IMG/VR virus record: IMGVR_UViG_3300026270_000004
Location: 1-64,000 of that record
DNA from: a virus
Lineage: Duplodnaviria; Caudoviricetes
Direction: 5' to 3' (one strand)
Length of the DNA stretch: 64,000 bases
The notes under the pieces are model-generated. The model saw only the letters and a program-made list of their open reading frames with translations, made no database searches and had not been told where the DNA came from. Both the position numbers and the translations under genes were made by a program. Shown here one piece after another: positions 51,301 to 55,109 of the stretch. How positions within the stretch are numbered: position 1 is the first letter of the stretch; the number at the start of each line of letters is the position of its first letter.

Positions 51301-53006
51301 GTTATTTCACCGTTAAAGATGGTTGCTTCTGCTAAAGCACCAGTACCACCTATAGGTTCTCCATATCCGTCTTTTCTATCATCTACGATATAAACTGAAG
51401 GTGCATCGGTATAACCCATACCACCAGTCAACATTTCAATATTTGTGACTGATCCAGATGCTACAGTAACGTCTAATACCTGAGCACCGATAGGATTGAC
51501 AATTGCCACTCTAGGAGGTGTTGTATACCCTCTACCACGGTTGGTGATCTGTACTTCGTATACTTGACCATCCTGGTTGATTTTTGATATAGCAGAAGCA
51601 TTGATTCCACCGATAGGGGCAGGATCAATGTAAACTACAGGTGCATTACTATAACCACTACCCATTGTATCAACGGTAATGGTTCCTATGTTAATTCTAC
51701 CTTCACCATCAATAGTAGGAGGTGAAATGGTTGCTCCACCTGGATTCTTGAAAGATATAGCAGGAATGAAGTCATATCCACTACCACTGTTAGTAATAGT
51801 GACAGAATCGACCATTCCAGTCTCATCATTAACTGTGAGACTCAATTGAGCAGGTGTACCGTTAGGATTGGTGGGTGCAACAACAACAGGGATTGGTGGG
51901 TTGTATGAAGAGTATCCTTGACCACCATCAATCAAATTGATGTCTTTAATACCAGCAATTAGGGATTTGGCAGTTGCATCCGATCCTGAATTACTTGTAA
52001 TAGCAACTTTAGGTGCAAAATCAAGTCTATACTTAGATCCACCAGTTTTAGGAATTAAACTGGTTATTGTGCCATTATCATCAACCTTAGCAATTGCTGA
52101 GGCTCCTGAACCATAAGCAGGAGGAGTATATTCGACAGACCTAATATGAATAGCATCAGCAGCTCCAATTTCATTTTTGAAAACAACTTTATCTTCAAAA
52201 ACGGTGAAATCGGTGTAAGGTTCTTGTAAACGACCATTTTTATTAATTACGAGTCCAATTTCGGAAGTTGGAGTATAAGATTGGTTATTAATTCTTAAAG
52301 GATAGAATTTAGTGCCTTGCCACTCTGTATAAGGAATAGAATCACAAGTTTTGATCGGTTGATCCGAATATCCGACCAAATAAGTTACAGAAGTGAATTC
52401 TGAGTCATCAGATCCAATTTGATCTCTAGGTGCTTCTGCAAAACGTAAATTAAGACCTTCAACGTAGTAATCTACGTTTGGTACCATCATTGTGTTGTAA
52501 GCAGTCACAATTAAGTGCTCTGCTGAAGGAGGAGCGACTGGAGTACCTAAAAAGCTTAATGGGAAGATGGTTTCAGTGCCATCAAACAATGTAAAGGGAT
52601 TTTCTAGTTGTTGCTTCTTCTTATTAAACTGTGGATACGAAATACCTGGAGTAATGATAACATCAGGACCACGAGTGACCCTTTCGTAGTAAATTACTTC
52701 ATTATCAATCATTATGGAGCCATTTTGCTCCTGGAATCCATCGATGCCCTCAATTTCGATCTTCTCATCGTACAGACCGATATCCTTCAGCAACTTCGTT
52801 GCAGAGTCGAGTTGATCTGAGGTGTAACTGTCTAAATCGAGATATCTCAATAAGTTATTGAGAATATCGTAAGGTCTACCTGTTTTCTCTTGAGACTTAT
52901 AGTATTCAAACAAGAAGTTGACTAATTGTCTATCTTCTTGGCGAATAAACTCAGGTAACTGATTTTCGACCCGATCAGAGACGTTGATATTCTTTAAATG
53001 AGGCAT
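24324..53006 (-). CDS. gp7: Giant baseplate wedge initiator gp7-like protein (9560 aa). Mosaic of G.GY repeats, split YHYH domain, beta-propeller, three LamG-like domains, two CBM-like domains, seven phycobiliprotein-like helical domains, 27 nested Cys/His modules and a C-terminal Ig-like domain
   Basis: N-terminus VENQLPEFI..E..LVNFL.EYY, IKNINDFYISKGT...YLFKILFG and KIQDSFFYQNFSYVVQS...W...HPAGF motifs of cyanophage gp7. Lies directly downstream of gp6. A single open frame of 28.7 kb. Confidence 0.88.
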   Translation of the reverse strand: MPHLKNINVSDRVENQLPEFIRQEDRQLVNFLFEYYKSQEKTGRPYDILNNLLRYLDLDSYTSDQLDSATKLLKDIGLYDEKIEIEGIDGFQEQNGSIMIDNEVIYYERVTRGPDVIITPGISYPQFNKKKQQLENPFTLFDGTETIFPLSFLGTPVAPPSAEHLIVTAYNTMMVPNVDYYVEGLNLRFAEAPRDQIGSDDSEFTSVTYLVGYSDQPIKTCDSIPYTEWQGTKFYPLRINNQSYTPTSEIGLVINKNGRLQEPYTDFTVFEDKVVFKNEIGAADAIHIRSVEYTPPAYGSGASAIAKVDDNGTITSLIPKTGGSKYRLDFAPKVAITSNSGSDATAKSLIAGIKDINLIDGGQGYSSYNPPIPVVVAPTNPNGTPAQLSLTVNDETGMVDSVTITNSGSGYDFIPAISFKNPGGATISPPTIDGEGRINIGTITVDTMGSGYSNAPVVYIDPAPIGGINASAISKINQDGQVYEVQITNRGRGYTTPPRVAIVNPIGAQVLDVTVASGSVTNIEMLTGGMGYTDAPSVYIVDDRKDGYGEPIGGTGALAEATIFNGEITDINITNFGSGYSTEFPPKIYIAEPKAARASVDVGFDQVTGFDILEYGSGYASSAFLGCSRGVSGAVGYDNLHNEIYAGEAALRQSNHVAGAHVTNLDSLFIKEVFDKFRRQYLPTLDIDFGKVNPVQVIKNINDFYISKGTKLATQYLFKILFGEDVDLYYPKDEIISPSHATWVVDTILRAELLEGDPSNLIDSEVNQYADEVDTSVTAASALIENVITIIEGTDTIYELAISEETLVGNFIIPYKTRLVEPLTTTGQIITVDSTIGWPERNGTIRINDVEQVQYKEKSLNQFIECTRSKNGIVEDWDPGTIIQSDIFVYVNRGTAQECKLRILGIAEAGTTVLNDTGSYYLGGDKLKVANLGSTAEELRLQSWLYNVKKLIQVDSITPGGVNNQTATVVCGNPHGLLVSDQVTIYGANPVVYNGTFTVTSRIDQFTFSYQINVPTEILPQGNILLSVDLNRGKSDIASINSVVSEFTTNIQNSFFNDDYVYVAASGLPNYKIGPFTGSALIPGNQRKLLRFPRLVQTISERKTIDPGTPIGAWVNGVSIWSYKSREFIQYGPLTSIAVTNVGESYDAGAKPNVEITGGGGTGAEAEVVVNGSLTSFDMVTEGTGYTESPLVSIVGGGGSGATAQAVITGGRVTRILVEQPGTNYTTQPLVSITGGGGTGATATANVRGPISSVNITNFGSGYTSLPSVKVNSGEGALAQPIVINGRIVSIAIINSGESYTTAPNIIINGDGFGAIAKATIGTIGEDKGRVLGVTIINKGIGYTQGLTTVRLEAVGQLASFQPTVYQWNKNLQYELVDNYDFARGYVFTGYNNQFGGEYAHLSDPKELRYVVGDNVFLNPVTQQFQEVAANFEHSPIIGWAFDGNPIYGPYGYIDPTDQNSGIRRMRTSFKLKENVVFDAATNPNPSRVDGPPIATYDAGTFIDDYYYDFQSGDLDNYNGRFCKTPDFPEGVYAYFVTIDASDAGIAEFPYILGPQFNSLPDNWNFSQAATQENIPNGVVRYRDPYTDVDIDVDRQPNQEADVLTTEKEGYPIIFEIQDSNNDGLIDANEQQEILEMSEEATLQIYDYFPRVSPESRVDIEVETTTQFENAQIDGFVIENPGVSYQVNDTVFFDNEGTGGFGASAIIDSVKGQRITAYQKEIIGDRPYGKIVTEAGHELRQQDEIIVNSRPVIDNTNKTYRVKVVAGVERINIVQAGTGYNNDIPPTFELITASGKDAELSLNLEGTGQINTVNIINSGNGYDADNPPQIRVSHPQQYKKTRYWITEYKEATGQVSIHHTLTTADRYTYICGSVLETDGDQAAFLAKFDDLGQKVWERNLLPTNSGVKKAEFIKMYIDESEEDDKIYVVGQTYDPNNNQYNPDVWLGLYKSGFNNANAPDGILQWQKAIAGISGLSRRDWVTSIALDQEKRIYIAGYTDSNSIDPNDMWIIQCDLDGDLVEKRKIASANDSEMINQIKWISDDRFFFVGVNDQNDDCIFGVIFYDGANLEIEYIRQIPTVGGYVRNPEFTIDDYNDVICIWDVYNGATQKFEKIQVNKFPLATANSQWTWSKTVNISGEVENIQHAGISVDVFGNYTIVSDVQESENQRYAVIHYLKYDGTVIKETKVDDTDRIGFQAKSHSVDSSGDCIIAVDRRQPDQLASHRFNNVANAVEDTTKQELVTPALHTPSNVSIDTSIQKFGTGSLKLSGISPVKFPGMNLTTKEWSARAWMSVATAHHAGNNKPILFDVTPIAGDSIQVEIDGDATSGNYEKVVLYVNSTEVATSATATHWTTFGGAAWVHVTFQKREESLGLYQYEVFLNGNLVVNYQSTSDISIADITIAGKYSGPNTANSLIGWIDDLVFDDAAPYNGTYLVPTAEIPVTTSISDSALIKFDRLHDKRAAYTLTGLTAYTTIEFSDIETPTIWTDVSGAALSNWVIGAGGLQILDMSQVVSTMNPGTYTFSNALTEYATKTSTIPSPLGKRLQITADVISKFYMRDALYQKVDNVLEFTFNQDVKLTKNSIIQQYTNTLSGQVVSAYGTIVGCPNEYDLLNPGMGNKYQVGKIYGTFNNTDLFKTDVGDVNQISGSYFNVEEPEIPWAAGVAVTTGERRYYDKKIFQSQGTGTTGTIPPVHTGGVQSDGVINWAFIDDAGKFTVDLTQHPYPMPQYLDSDMPEWDSGILYVVGQKVWHKLNVYVVGAGGAGVSGTTPPTHTTGADTDGGVTWTWESTSTPISDFARTLPYDLGNNYTVQIVEIQPGSLYIPEDVISINAGNITEADDQKSVVISGFASVKKIRVTARLEKDIIRTNSTRTNLVYCTSNDAHGFDAGDIIFTEGFQGDQFNGSFFIDQIIGSREFTYGIRDVAVSDPAFNSNAINNVNIYAKHPTLEFTRNHQYVFDLSDTSNFGYYLSFSQDNQYKLEYSFNNITRSGTPGIPLGGDNYPFVKFSVLGDVTNISYYFDPSRTGADSPVGDNSFIDVITTPFQGTFKVTEILSDTEFRFRLDKEPERLNAEVGTDPFDNVYSYYSTTSVRAVGPINTIKLVSAGGFYQKLPIISDIASFRQVEKVVVNDGGTEYAVGVYYEVPIAGDGEGGKATVTVEFDAEVGSGTITGVAVADPGKGYTIASIDIDSIPGILGATLAGSGGSVTVVIPEEGSGASVFLTGTNIGKIKRLKNNEFGFGYSHDYTLKPEITFPVNLQLFNTSILSQIKITDPGSGYTSTPAVVIEGGGGSGADAEAIVKNNRLSEIIIKNSGAGYSSEPDVTLKSEFNYVVNLDLNYLQFNFPHGITTGAEVQFRADDIGSTEGELPKPSTAGLTSLVEGQTYYAIAGEAAGLESDQLRFGLTLAAAQGGSYITFLTQGSGRQTLLTEVFGGKAVAVIETSRFLEGEEVFQGSSTETSTARGKVSTNTGWQIGPKILKIVDYTGDWAEGEKVTGEISKASGIIDNFSIARGVLNIGSLTKTPGRFIDDVGKPSEIVQKIQDSFFYQNFSYVVQSEIPITEWKTQVLENNHPAGFNMFGQLQLTGGKDVSGRRIGTEFTKKVNINNYSNVNQITSFGAAQPIYTDYNNTEVLFRKKRLTSSEEILTSIVKKMDNVQDQFDGIKKSFPITVEGETVIVKQDQLMITLNGIIQSPGTSYQIVGGNLVFAEPPKPPSKVNYRTLSVTPTTIYRIALYNDGGGSNYGIFPTLGQQVQGALSDVIGTVIDSGTNHIDVINVSGTFQLNEQIKRGELFAALIESVTPLNTPTIFEFGESLTNLDGDTAYIEETNVDNQGNVTDRVVVSKTSGTPRFETGIFDFKLNEYIYSASSGIAGQITYIAPYQDPINGEVVDELIINKGTTFFGLLFERLVSLTNPNVILDDISQSSITPTELYNSENRINADFLNFEQVRTTEVTYSQLSGGTLTDGMVIRNKKAFYGNPISTFHGIAANRFLDARRNISNNKQEIIDFAEAAIAIDYPDYYFPSDVITNNWSRFKDAYRMIQKNKAMIAGMAFDDMKTQYPSSSIPSDAKCKRDLEYFIDAISIDIYAGGNRYARKFVQQYFDENGTFTYVNAEVAETKYAYEKAKDRMNVAIANGYSGTISAVNSGDSWTAYQDLTITADPSPGNPYGTAGSNADNTDSDNCSDVQAAITTLHQFIDEALNNASLNDLPVEAGGTYSPHQEKCRRDLGYMIDAIANDVGQGGNFNTVEFTKKFFNEDGTPLTNGIVGEEAEAVHAFTAAGTFMHRAINNLMYWKDLSGQGYNLNDPTTYTGGVAPANNYDLNYASGNNQDINNCANVKSYIDTLRAIATTAMTAGNLTNVNALAVTDGTFEANETIRTTKIGYKDKSTGLFVMGDQIKGMTSGALFQAIGVNSGLKWLFAGPVTGVFQAGEYITNSTLTFTNCTQSVIVKKAELSGTKSIYIPTNGALSSPASYDYAFGTGDFTIEGWFRSATNTTLQTLFDFRRLSAAQGLRIVQDAQAIKVYNGTTQLLTSGNVVTTTGTWHHIAVSRNNGITQLYINGAQLGGNVADTNDYLYAACYVGQDFNGATHWSGHVDNVCIWKGIGAYTTGFTAPTQVDYNNPNIVFGLDGEAPFILSTEEVYAKYSGQRSSATTSKRIDYEGLAIIAEDVDLGRQEYRDCADIIDLNGAYIAEEAVGRMKAAFSDFNIRGDVPAQNSYGGTDTCIRDTKDYILGALIKDLREGGNYHTIYTARTYLTVGGKLDFIGEEILQSLYVWNEVAKLTKEIITTTSATLTGTYTTRYRIPNNFASPASQAVQDEVDTLMTDLLKVIAPNDQRFREGGFQLWKNRDYIAEEVAGYIQDKYQKTIDGVVFDFLEMPGYGQPYCERDIKDFIIPGVIADLVTGGTFQTQAVIDKYLDDQKNILHVEHELAALNDAFDYTKMLAMKAINNLLMSPGEVAGALLDNDGNALNAAAWAHEEYYTPIWTSKAAYRDSEIVKDTEGYPNNQNRANNDRYLDAADMIWNNRAVIAKECVSIMNDLSKYGNLMIPDGHVNCEDDVLDMIEAMVHDIRFDCNEKVWDAAALYVETENNSLKHIETEWEASITVVKLLRDILTCTMRNAFGKDYDMEQGDGASNVESYNQNPKDKLFAECGDAIDGNIRYIAEQAVAAGLVQFPNLAIPGGPVNCVHDVTDILRAMIFNLKYGGTNMLQYASEFYTNYNGNLDHVTNAPTESLWIINKAQEFAIRAMKGQVISNNAGWEVDQRFYNAVPRPVTSLFNSDEDGPIEGEDNNIITRSFKVGEDKISTTDSGTGIVTTEDAVFRCIAKLASSPIDGTIWEAGGTGAGSWLGIRDNGTYLRLRAGNGANSYSGGASHTESGLAMLDLQISNLSSYFDDGDHELVWQINVGGNQGAGKGRVELWIDGVSVGSAETQGGGYTGLYSAPGQFAGTDYSGYGIQGGDSIAAGEPANINTFTVNVGPAPTIKYDCTSAAYDSSTGDLIMNVGSHNHTEGTFLRLKTNSINFTCDQDNNATTHSYPRSGDPAGNTTIEVLETYGTDHKATDATYNPDTGIMRLTIPDHGMSSHSVHTAQDSSYDPDSGVLRIKIDDHGFKTGDQIRIENGSLIFTCAQDNNATKHGYPRPKDPAGDQWLLVESVESKDLFTVNVGSTPKVEYDVSNATYDQNTGHLEMEIGQHRFVGASTHVATYAEYDAYTGILKLTVSGHKIAPGEQIQIMENSMTFTCSMDNHYSDHVYPRSSDPATRKWLDVIESNQEDGWFTVNVGPSPIKGFTPSAATFNSTTGALTLTIGSHSLAVGTHIKLSQGSLTFTCDMDDHATKHSYPRPKDPVHNEPIAITAVTSDSITVNVGTTPQVTYGLTGAAFTPADGLLSMTLDRKHFFRRESIHNITGGEFNGETGLMRLTVADHNFAEGDYVKIADGGVTFTCSQDNHATTHAYPRSTDPMSGKWMDVRNVSKDSFDLYVGRTPTIPFTISAATFTPANGQLVATIGDHNLRRGQSVRLATESINFTCFLDANNSYHYYPRANGNDPFYNTSIEVLYDGTPMTATGGTSYNPTTGIMTITTANPHGLQEGDDVKFAINSLVFRCDQDGQGSDHAYPRATDPYANRWQPVLGSNLTANTFDVQVLSYAPSTNTTTHVFASAVANGITKRDGTITLNVGDGAISDQSVHTYIPNPGYTPTNVNHNPTTGVMTITIVGHKFENGDMIKIDDYGIVLTCALDDHQTTHAYPRPGDPASGSWLKVHGVTEDTFDVTVNTVIPQSNTTTHLFSSAVGNCITRAQIVSGGVYDHTYSTSTVGALRHAGDSIRLDEGAVTFTCGADGNSSNHSYPRPGTTHTPTDVSYDPNLGHLKFTVPNHGFIPHTYIKIADDSLTFTCAKDGNATDHTYPRSTDPVSGKWIMIHDVTSHTFSVEVLDVVPSTNTTIHAFVSADANCITHKKDYFFDTNIPIHEVGKTSHSPTNITYNPTAGTMEVTMSNSFGNHSTMTPSGATFTPSTGTMRITLNGHPVKNGDMLLLADGAFTFRCDEDSQSSDHAYPRSSDPASGKWLKAFNVGSNSFDVNVGNFFGEGAISNTTTHVLQSVATDAVWKANDFVMFDEDAITFTCSKDQNATNHTYPRRTDPTFGKWLPISNASNTSFTVHVGKSGVNDVYDHTFVSCENNSLHRQTGTITLDIGNGQITHPTAHSFVSGNGMCVKAGGAYNHTFHALGESYTPTAVNYNPATGWMTITIPNHGFMEDESIKIGTNSLVFTCLQDVNQTLHPYPRSSDPVNNKWIPIKNVTDDTFDVMVLDNVPSTNQTLHTFVSALTGAITRATVASGGDYKHKFVAPAKLTPTNAAYTPSTGIMTLTVANHGLKNGSRIMVDDGFVTFTCTQDSNQTNHAYPRASDPYSDEWMIVKNVTKDTFDIQVLFNIPSSNTTTHTFVSARPQSITVATLMKGNDSIKLPENALTFTCSKDGNSTNHAYPRTSDPAYNESLRIIDDGVTRHTPTAASYVPSTGVLSLTVSKHGFSNGDYIKIEDYAFSMSCDMDNDSSSHAYPRGTDPISGKWVQISNVSTDGFDVEVGTTAAVQYTPVDASYEPTTGHLEIEIGTHPLKVGQSIQIADGGITMECSQDNYGSTHAYPRTTIDNFTPTNAVFDGVTGYLTITSNAHGLDEGSLVKIDDNAITLRCTMDGSTTNKTYPRSTDPISGKWKPIEYIDANTYKIFVGKSEFVSYDPQNVDYNPNTGVMVITVGPDHGITTAHSVYINHKAFCFTCALDNYQTDHFYPRANGESGASGDDPAYQDAVAVTAVDDSTITVNVGVSSNTTTHVFKPAVGVTPTAISYSGGTGLMTVTVANHGMSDGEQIMFADNSLVFTCGKDDHATEHNYPRSSDPASGKWLTISNVTTDTFRVQVLDTIPSTNTSTHTFKRAKTGAIKRGSIRSGGSFTHSFQSFASNGLKAKRDRAHDHAIEIKAVGHAKYSATGATYNPTTGNLQLTVANNPFANGDHIRIADHSLVMTCAMDNNATNHSYPRPTDYASEKWLEVSNVSGNTFDVNVGSTPRANYLVSDATFEPTTGDMVLTIGPHNYKGGGATTITDAAYNPTTGVLTATVPSHGMKIGDRVKFDDNSITFNCSASTGTHSFVSGTNNAINDGTTTYTAAAGTTYNPNTGELVLEIGSHSLTTADTVTIANGGVTFTCDADNNGSNHPYPRATDPASGTALAVLNPTATTITVNVGIANADNPTDNHTYPRATDYPSDRWLEVYNITEDTFDVMVLASAPQSVTSPHTFVSAVTNGLKFAHEAVYIEEESLVFKCNADSFGSEHAYPRSTDPFYNTSVPILAATADTITVHVGKSSNTTLHQFVRSENAFTPSTASYVPGTGVLTITHSAHPFSNGDKIQIVNESFVFKCQEDSFATEHAYPRAQDPASGDWLTLTVVDANTYTVNVGVSSNTTTHQIERIETGAIIRGTIRGNGDYAHTFVSAVTDGLEKKNSTITVNVGSTVAGNHTHRFASATNNAITAGGNHTHTFEYFKNNTLHRQSGKITVDVNIAATADLYDHTFVSALPGAVIGGGNYQHSFVSAKTNGIWKANDYIYIQDYALGFDCDLDAYGSTHLYPRPTDHASNEWLAVSNVTTTQFDVQVLKGVPSTFLGNHVFKSCIEKGIRIQDGKIRINVGVSPAGKTYQHTFVSANKGCIIQGGNYKHNFVSAASNCITNTNDGTTLTPTDAYYEPTTGQLTLTVANHSLRTDDAITIDTNGLTFTCSQDQNATNHTYPRVTDYADGKILPVQSVLSYAYPLRTDLDYYRARRVSEDYTGNEGSGVESEIGTLMALVSDAISNPNNVAGRSYTLPIVWPVKYTPDVVIRDKTVTYDTVNGGQGNAGSWNQTCQETASAINTLADIFIETIDKAANVQTNFLSTVTKTFPYNSNADFQSGTCYNVTSALDTLMELFTDALGNGTNNSKRISNMILFNKQAIAGRAFAETQINYPNTNLTIDFANDCVKAIRYDLVTEGNAGAFRMTQDWFDGEGNFIAYQDVTRTHLLFCLARVREYTKSVLYDFNESGWSPYDVYTIESPQKLEWNQEAAEFMIDSSLNPIEYALEMSQFPTEARVTFVASTDCTNRVTNYEMGIDYNTDPDLVSLTPEINVGYDRAEYRIRIERPNNFRRGDVLTYIPASENSLTGLTKQPYFYVLTGTADWFEIGASYIHDGRFRLLQVDKSNAGSQIMAVTRRSGVPRVAATFPSDPSECPIQGGFNAADVVFGSTSNAYAEIGTINANEGLIYKLFTHFPTVAAQTTPGTYDQFINGESAQVQNSTSNNGSVLQMLKPNSENGTSFIKLHTIAGTISDGDILEGVDSGAVHTVGAPSDRFLINVKKGAFATGDWFFSKVGSIEGFMDNYTSKSGSLVSNEGGRIAIDVETLEEPWTPGDIIYGSVTDYILDIKGISGTQLQLNQWIHGVQTLELNLGVAIIDTGISDTFNVGDEVSLLQGTVQKNPGFTAVVTKYVNDPDNGIHKLWIANINNVGLGAPLTDLTQAGNNIGKIELGSNFPTIYAGVASYTATDYQSYAQVVAIEQAGITATIWVQSASGTFLDNMSLKSDFGWGAGISSARTLEGRVDRFFRGFDGEQTIFDLTVSNGEAYFPDPAGHLLAFVNGILQPPGGNASYVAFSDKIQFAEPPEIGSEFIGYYVGKLRQLDDISFEFDSLRSSFNLKRGGLFYSLTLTEGVSSNTIRPENNIIVSLNGIIQEPGVAYEIVGSRIIFAEVPRAGSTFVGFSYIGSDADVIAATVVPPIEAGDKLDIEGEEFSREVALIESSNSLITFEYTGSVKGRNADAISEITSGQITNAVLTNPGDGYTDRPNVDVISSSGFDGKLKALMGITRIDVKTSGVGYAAPAVAIDNVVPDDFTPPVGGPINGGFDVLAGEGPSGEAGGGGGITPGTIAITTDPVNVTVNQGQTAAFTVVSTVTNSQTMNYQWQKKEYGTQTWSNIIGANQATYNTNPAQQADDGDEYRVAITAAGATPVYSLSAILSVQTGATVITGFTPDLIFDDI
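28110..36581 (-). repeat. 27 copies of a ~105-aa module (YxPxTGxLxLT..H / FTCxxD....HxYPRxxDP / FxVxVG / HxFVS), arranged nested rather than tandem
   Basis: 27 xYPR motifs counted in residues about 5476-8299 (2824 aa, about 105 aa each). The sub-segments close in last-in-first-out order. Confidence 0.92.
37180..41040 (-). repeat. Helical phycobiliprotein-like repeats P1-P6 within gp7 (interrupted by a LamG-like domain at about 39120-39650)
   Basis: Repeated RFxDA..I..N...IA..A...P....C(K/R/I/E)RD..Y.I.A...D...GGN pattern. Cys codons at about 40788, 40329, 38826, 38340, 37830 and 37434. Confidence 0.75.
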
Positions 53007-53011
53007 CTATC

Positions 53012-55108
53012 TTAGAAACAGGATTCGCTAACTGGATACTCGAAAGTATCACTTGGGTAATCGATAATATTTATCCCACTTGTGTCACCGTAATTATAAC
53101 CATTAAAGTTATTAGGATCGAAGGTGGGGATTGACACATCGTTGATTGTGTAGTCAATTGGATTGACTTGGGGGTTAAAGATCGTAGGATCTACTCCTGG
53201 TGGGATTGCAATTGATCCACCAGCAGGTAATACTTGAATTGGCAGTCTAGTAGTGCCATCTGGGGTGCCCTGAATCGCTACAGGACCAACACAGACTTGA
53301 CCACTGCCATAATCGACGCTGCCTACTGAAGGATTGAGGGTTAACTCAGTCTCATCTCTCACGGTAACCAGAATTAGGTTTCCACGACCATCATCTCTTA
53401 TGTTGACTGGTACCAAGACTTGATTAGCGGTACTTGTGCTAATTCCAGGTGTTGAAACCTGTGCAGACGTAGATCCGTCGCTCAAAGTAAGATTTACAAG
53501 ATCTTCTGTATATCCAGTGGCATAAAATGTCCCAGATTTGACTACAGAGAAAGAAGGCTTACATTTTCCACCTTCTCCATCGCCATCATCGTCTGGAGTG
53601 CCAGCTAACCCAGTTGGATCATAAAGTGGGTTACCAAAATCTAAACATTGTGTGAAAACTTGCCCAAAAGCAAATTTATCAAGATTTTGACCCAAAGTCA
53701 TTTGAGTTACGTTACCAGAAATGGCATTATCGGCATTATCGATCATTGCACCGAATTTAGATCCGTCTAAACGGTTTCCAAACCTATTTGTGGCACCATT
53801 TTTGTTAAATGCGTCAATTCCTTGTAAAATCTTAGTTCCAAGTTGAGATCCAGTCAAACTAGTGTCATTTCCGTTGTAATAAACGTAAGATTTGGGAATA
53901 ACATAGAAAATAGTTGGGTCAATGATGACTGGCTCGATAGATGCGACAGAATACTTCGCTAAATCCTTCTTAATCTTTGCTTTTGTCGTTTCATTGAGCT
54001 TAGTTCCTGTTTTTGGTCTAATTGCAACGTAAACTTTTCCATAAATCGGTGGATTTAACTTCTCACCACCAAATGCAGTCACTGATGCTGCTTGAGGGTA
54101 GATTTCAGAGACAATATGCTCAAAATCATTCTCTGTAACTGCCCTATTCTGGGTTGCATACGCTCTAGGTGCTCTAAACTTGACTGAAAGTGATGTTTCA
54201 CGATCTTCACCGTCTTGAGCAGCGTCTTTAGTGGTCAAACTAATGGAATTTGGGTTAACTACACGATTATCGGAGTCAATTACGTTACCAATGAAGTTAA
54301 AACCCTTCGCACCGTTTGCTTCTACCCCATCTGTAGAGATATATGTGATAGTAATGTATTCTCCATCGATTAATTTACGTCCAATTGACCCATCTCCGAA
54401 AACAAGACGGTATCTCATGTCATCAGTCTCTTCCAAATAGTAAATTCTGGAAGTTCCGTCAGAATTTGTGACATTTGCTGCTGGACTATAGGTATCTGTC
54501 TCTGAAGATTGCTCAGTTGGAGAAATATCTACTGTCAAAAGACCTGTATCTACCTTTTCATCAGGAATGACGTACTCTTGACGCTTTGTATAGTCAACTG
54601 TATAGTTATAACTGAGTAAATTACCCTGATATACCATTACATTATCAAAAGTTGCTAATCCTGTGCCACTATCTACAGGCACTTGGATGTCTTGAGTCAA
54701 TGCAAAGGTATAAGAATCAAAATCATTGTCTGCAACAAAGACATCACCCTTCTTTAGGGTGGCAAATTCAGGATAACTAGTCCCACTTAGTCCAACACTA
54801 GTCTGTGCAAGGAGTTTCACGCATGCTCTAGGTGCTTTAATTGACCTAGGAGTGTAATTTAACTGCTTTGCGATCCTTACAATGTTGTCTCTGACCGTTG
54901 CAGTCTCTAAAAATGCTTCGTTTAACGCCATGTTAGCGTTAAATGCTGTGTAATATGTGTTATACGCAAGAATATCGATCAAATATGATGCAGAACTTCC
55001 CTCAAAATCGTAATCAGTAAACTCTTTTCTAGTTCTGAGGTACGATCTAATCGATTCTTTGATCTCAAAGAAGTCTAACGACGTTAATTGCGATGGTATG
55101 GCTGCCAT
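53012..55108 (-). CDS. gp6: Baseplate wedge subunit gp6
   Basis: LDFFEIKESIRSYL...FTDYDFEGS...LIDILAYNTYY.AFNANM..NE.FL.TAT.RDN, FGDG.IG and APRAYATQNRAVT..D motifs. Confidence 0.95.
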   Translation of the reverse strand: MAAIPSQLTSLDFFEIKESIRSYLRTRKEFTDYDFEGSSASYLIDILAYNTYYTAFNANMALNEAFLETATVRDNIVRIAKQLNYTPRSIKAPRACVKLLAQTSVGLSGTSYPEFATLKKGDVFVADNDFDSYTFALTQDIQVPVDSGTGLATFDNVMVYQGNLLSYNYTVDYTKRQEYVIPDEKVDTGLLTVDISPTEQSSETDTYSPAANVTNSDGTSRIYYLEETDDMRYRLVFGDGSIGRKLIDGEYITITYISTDGVEANGAKGFNFIGNVIDSDNRVVNPNSISLTTKDAAQDGEDRETSLSVKFRAPRAYATQNRAVTENDFEHIVSEIYPQAASVTAFGGEKLNPPIYGKVYVAIRPKTGTKLNETTKAKIKKDLAKYSVASIEPVIIDPTIFYVIPKSYVYYNGNDTSLTGSQLGTKILQGIDAFNKNGATNRFGNRLDGSKFGAMIDNADNAISGNVTQMTLGQNLDKFAFGQVFTQCLDFGNPLYDPTGLAGTPDDDGDGEGGKCKPSFSVVKSGTFYATGYTEDLVNLTLSDGSTSAQVSTPGISTSTANQVLVPVNIRDDGRGNLILVTVRDETELTLNPSVGSVDYGSGQVCVGPVAIQGTPDGTTRLPIQVLPAGGSIAIPPGVDPTIFNPQVNPIDYTINDVSIPTFDPNNFNGYNYGDTSGINIIDYPSDTFEYPVSESCF

Positions 55109-55109
55109 T

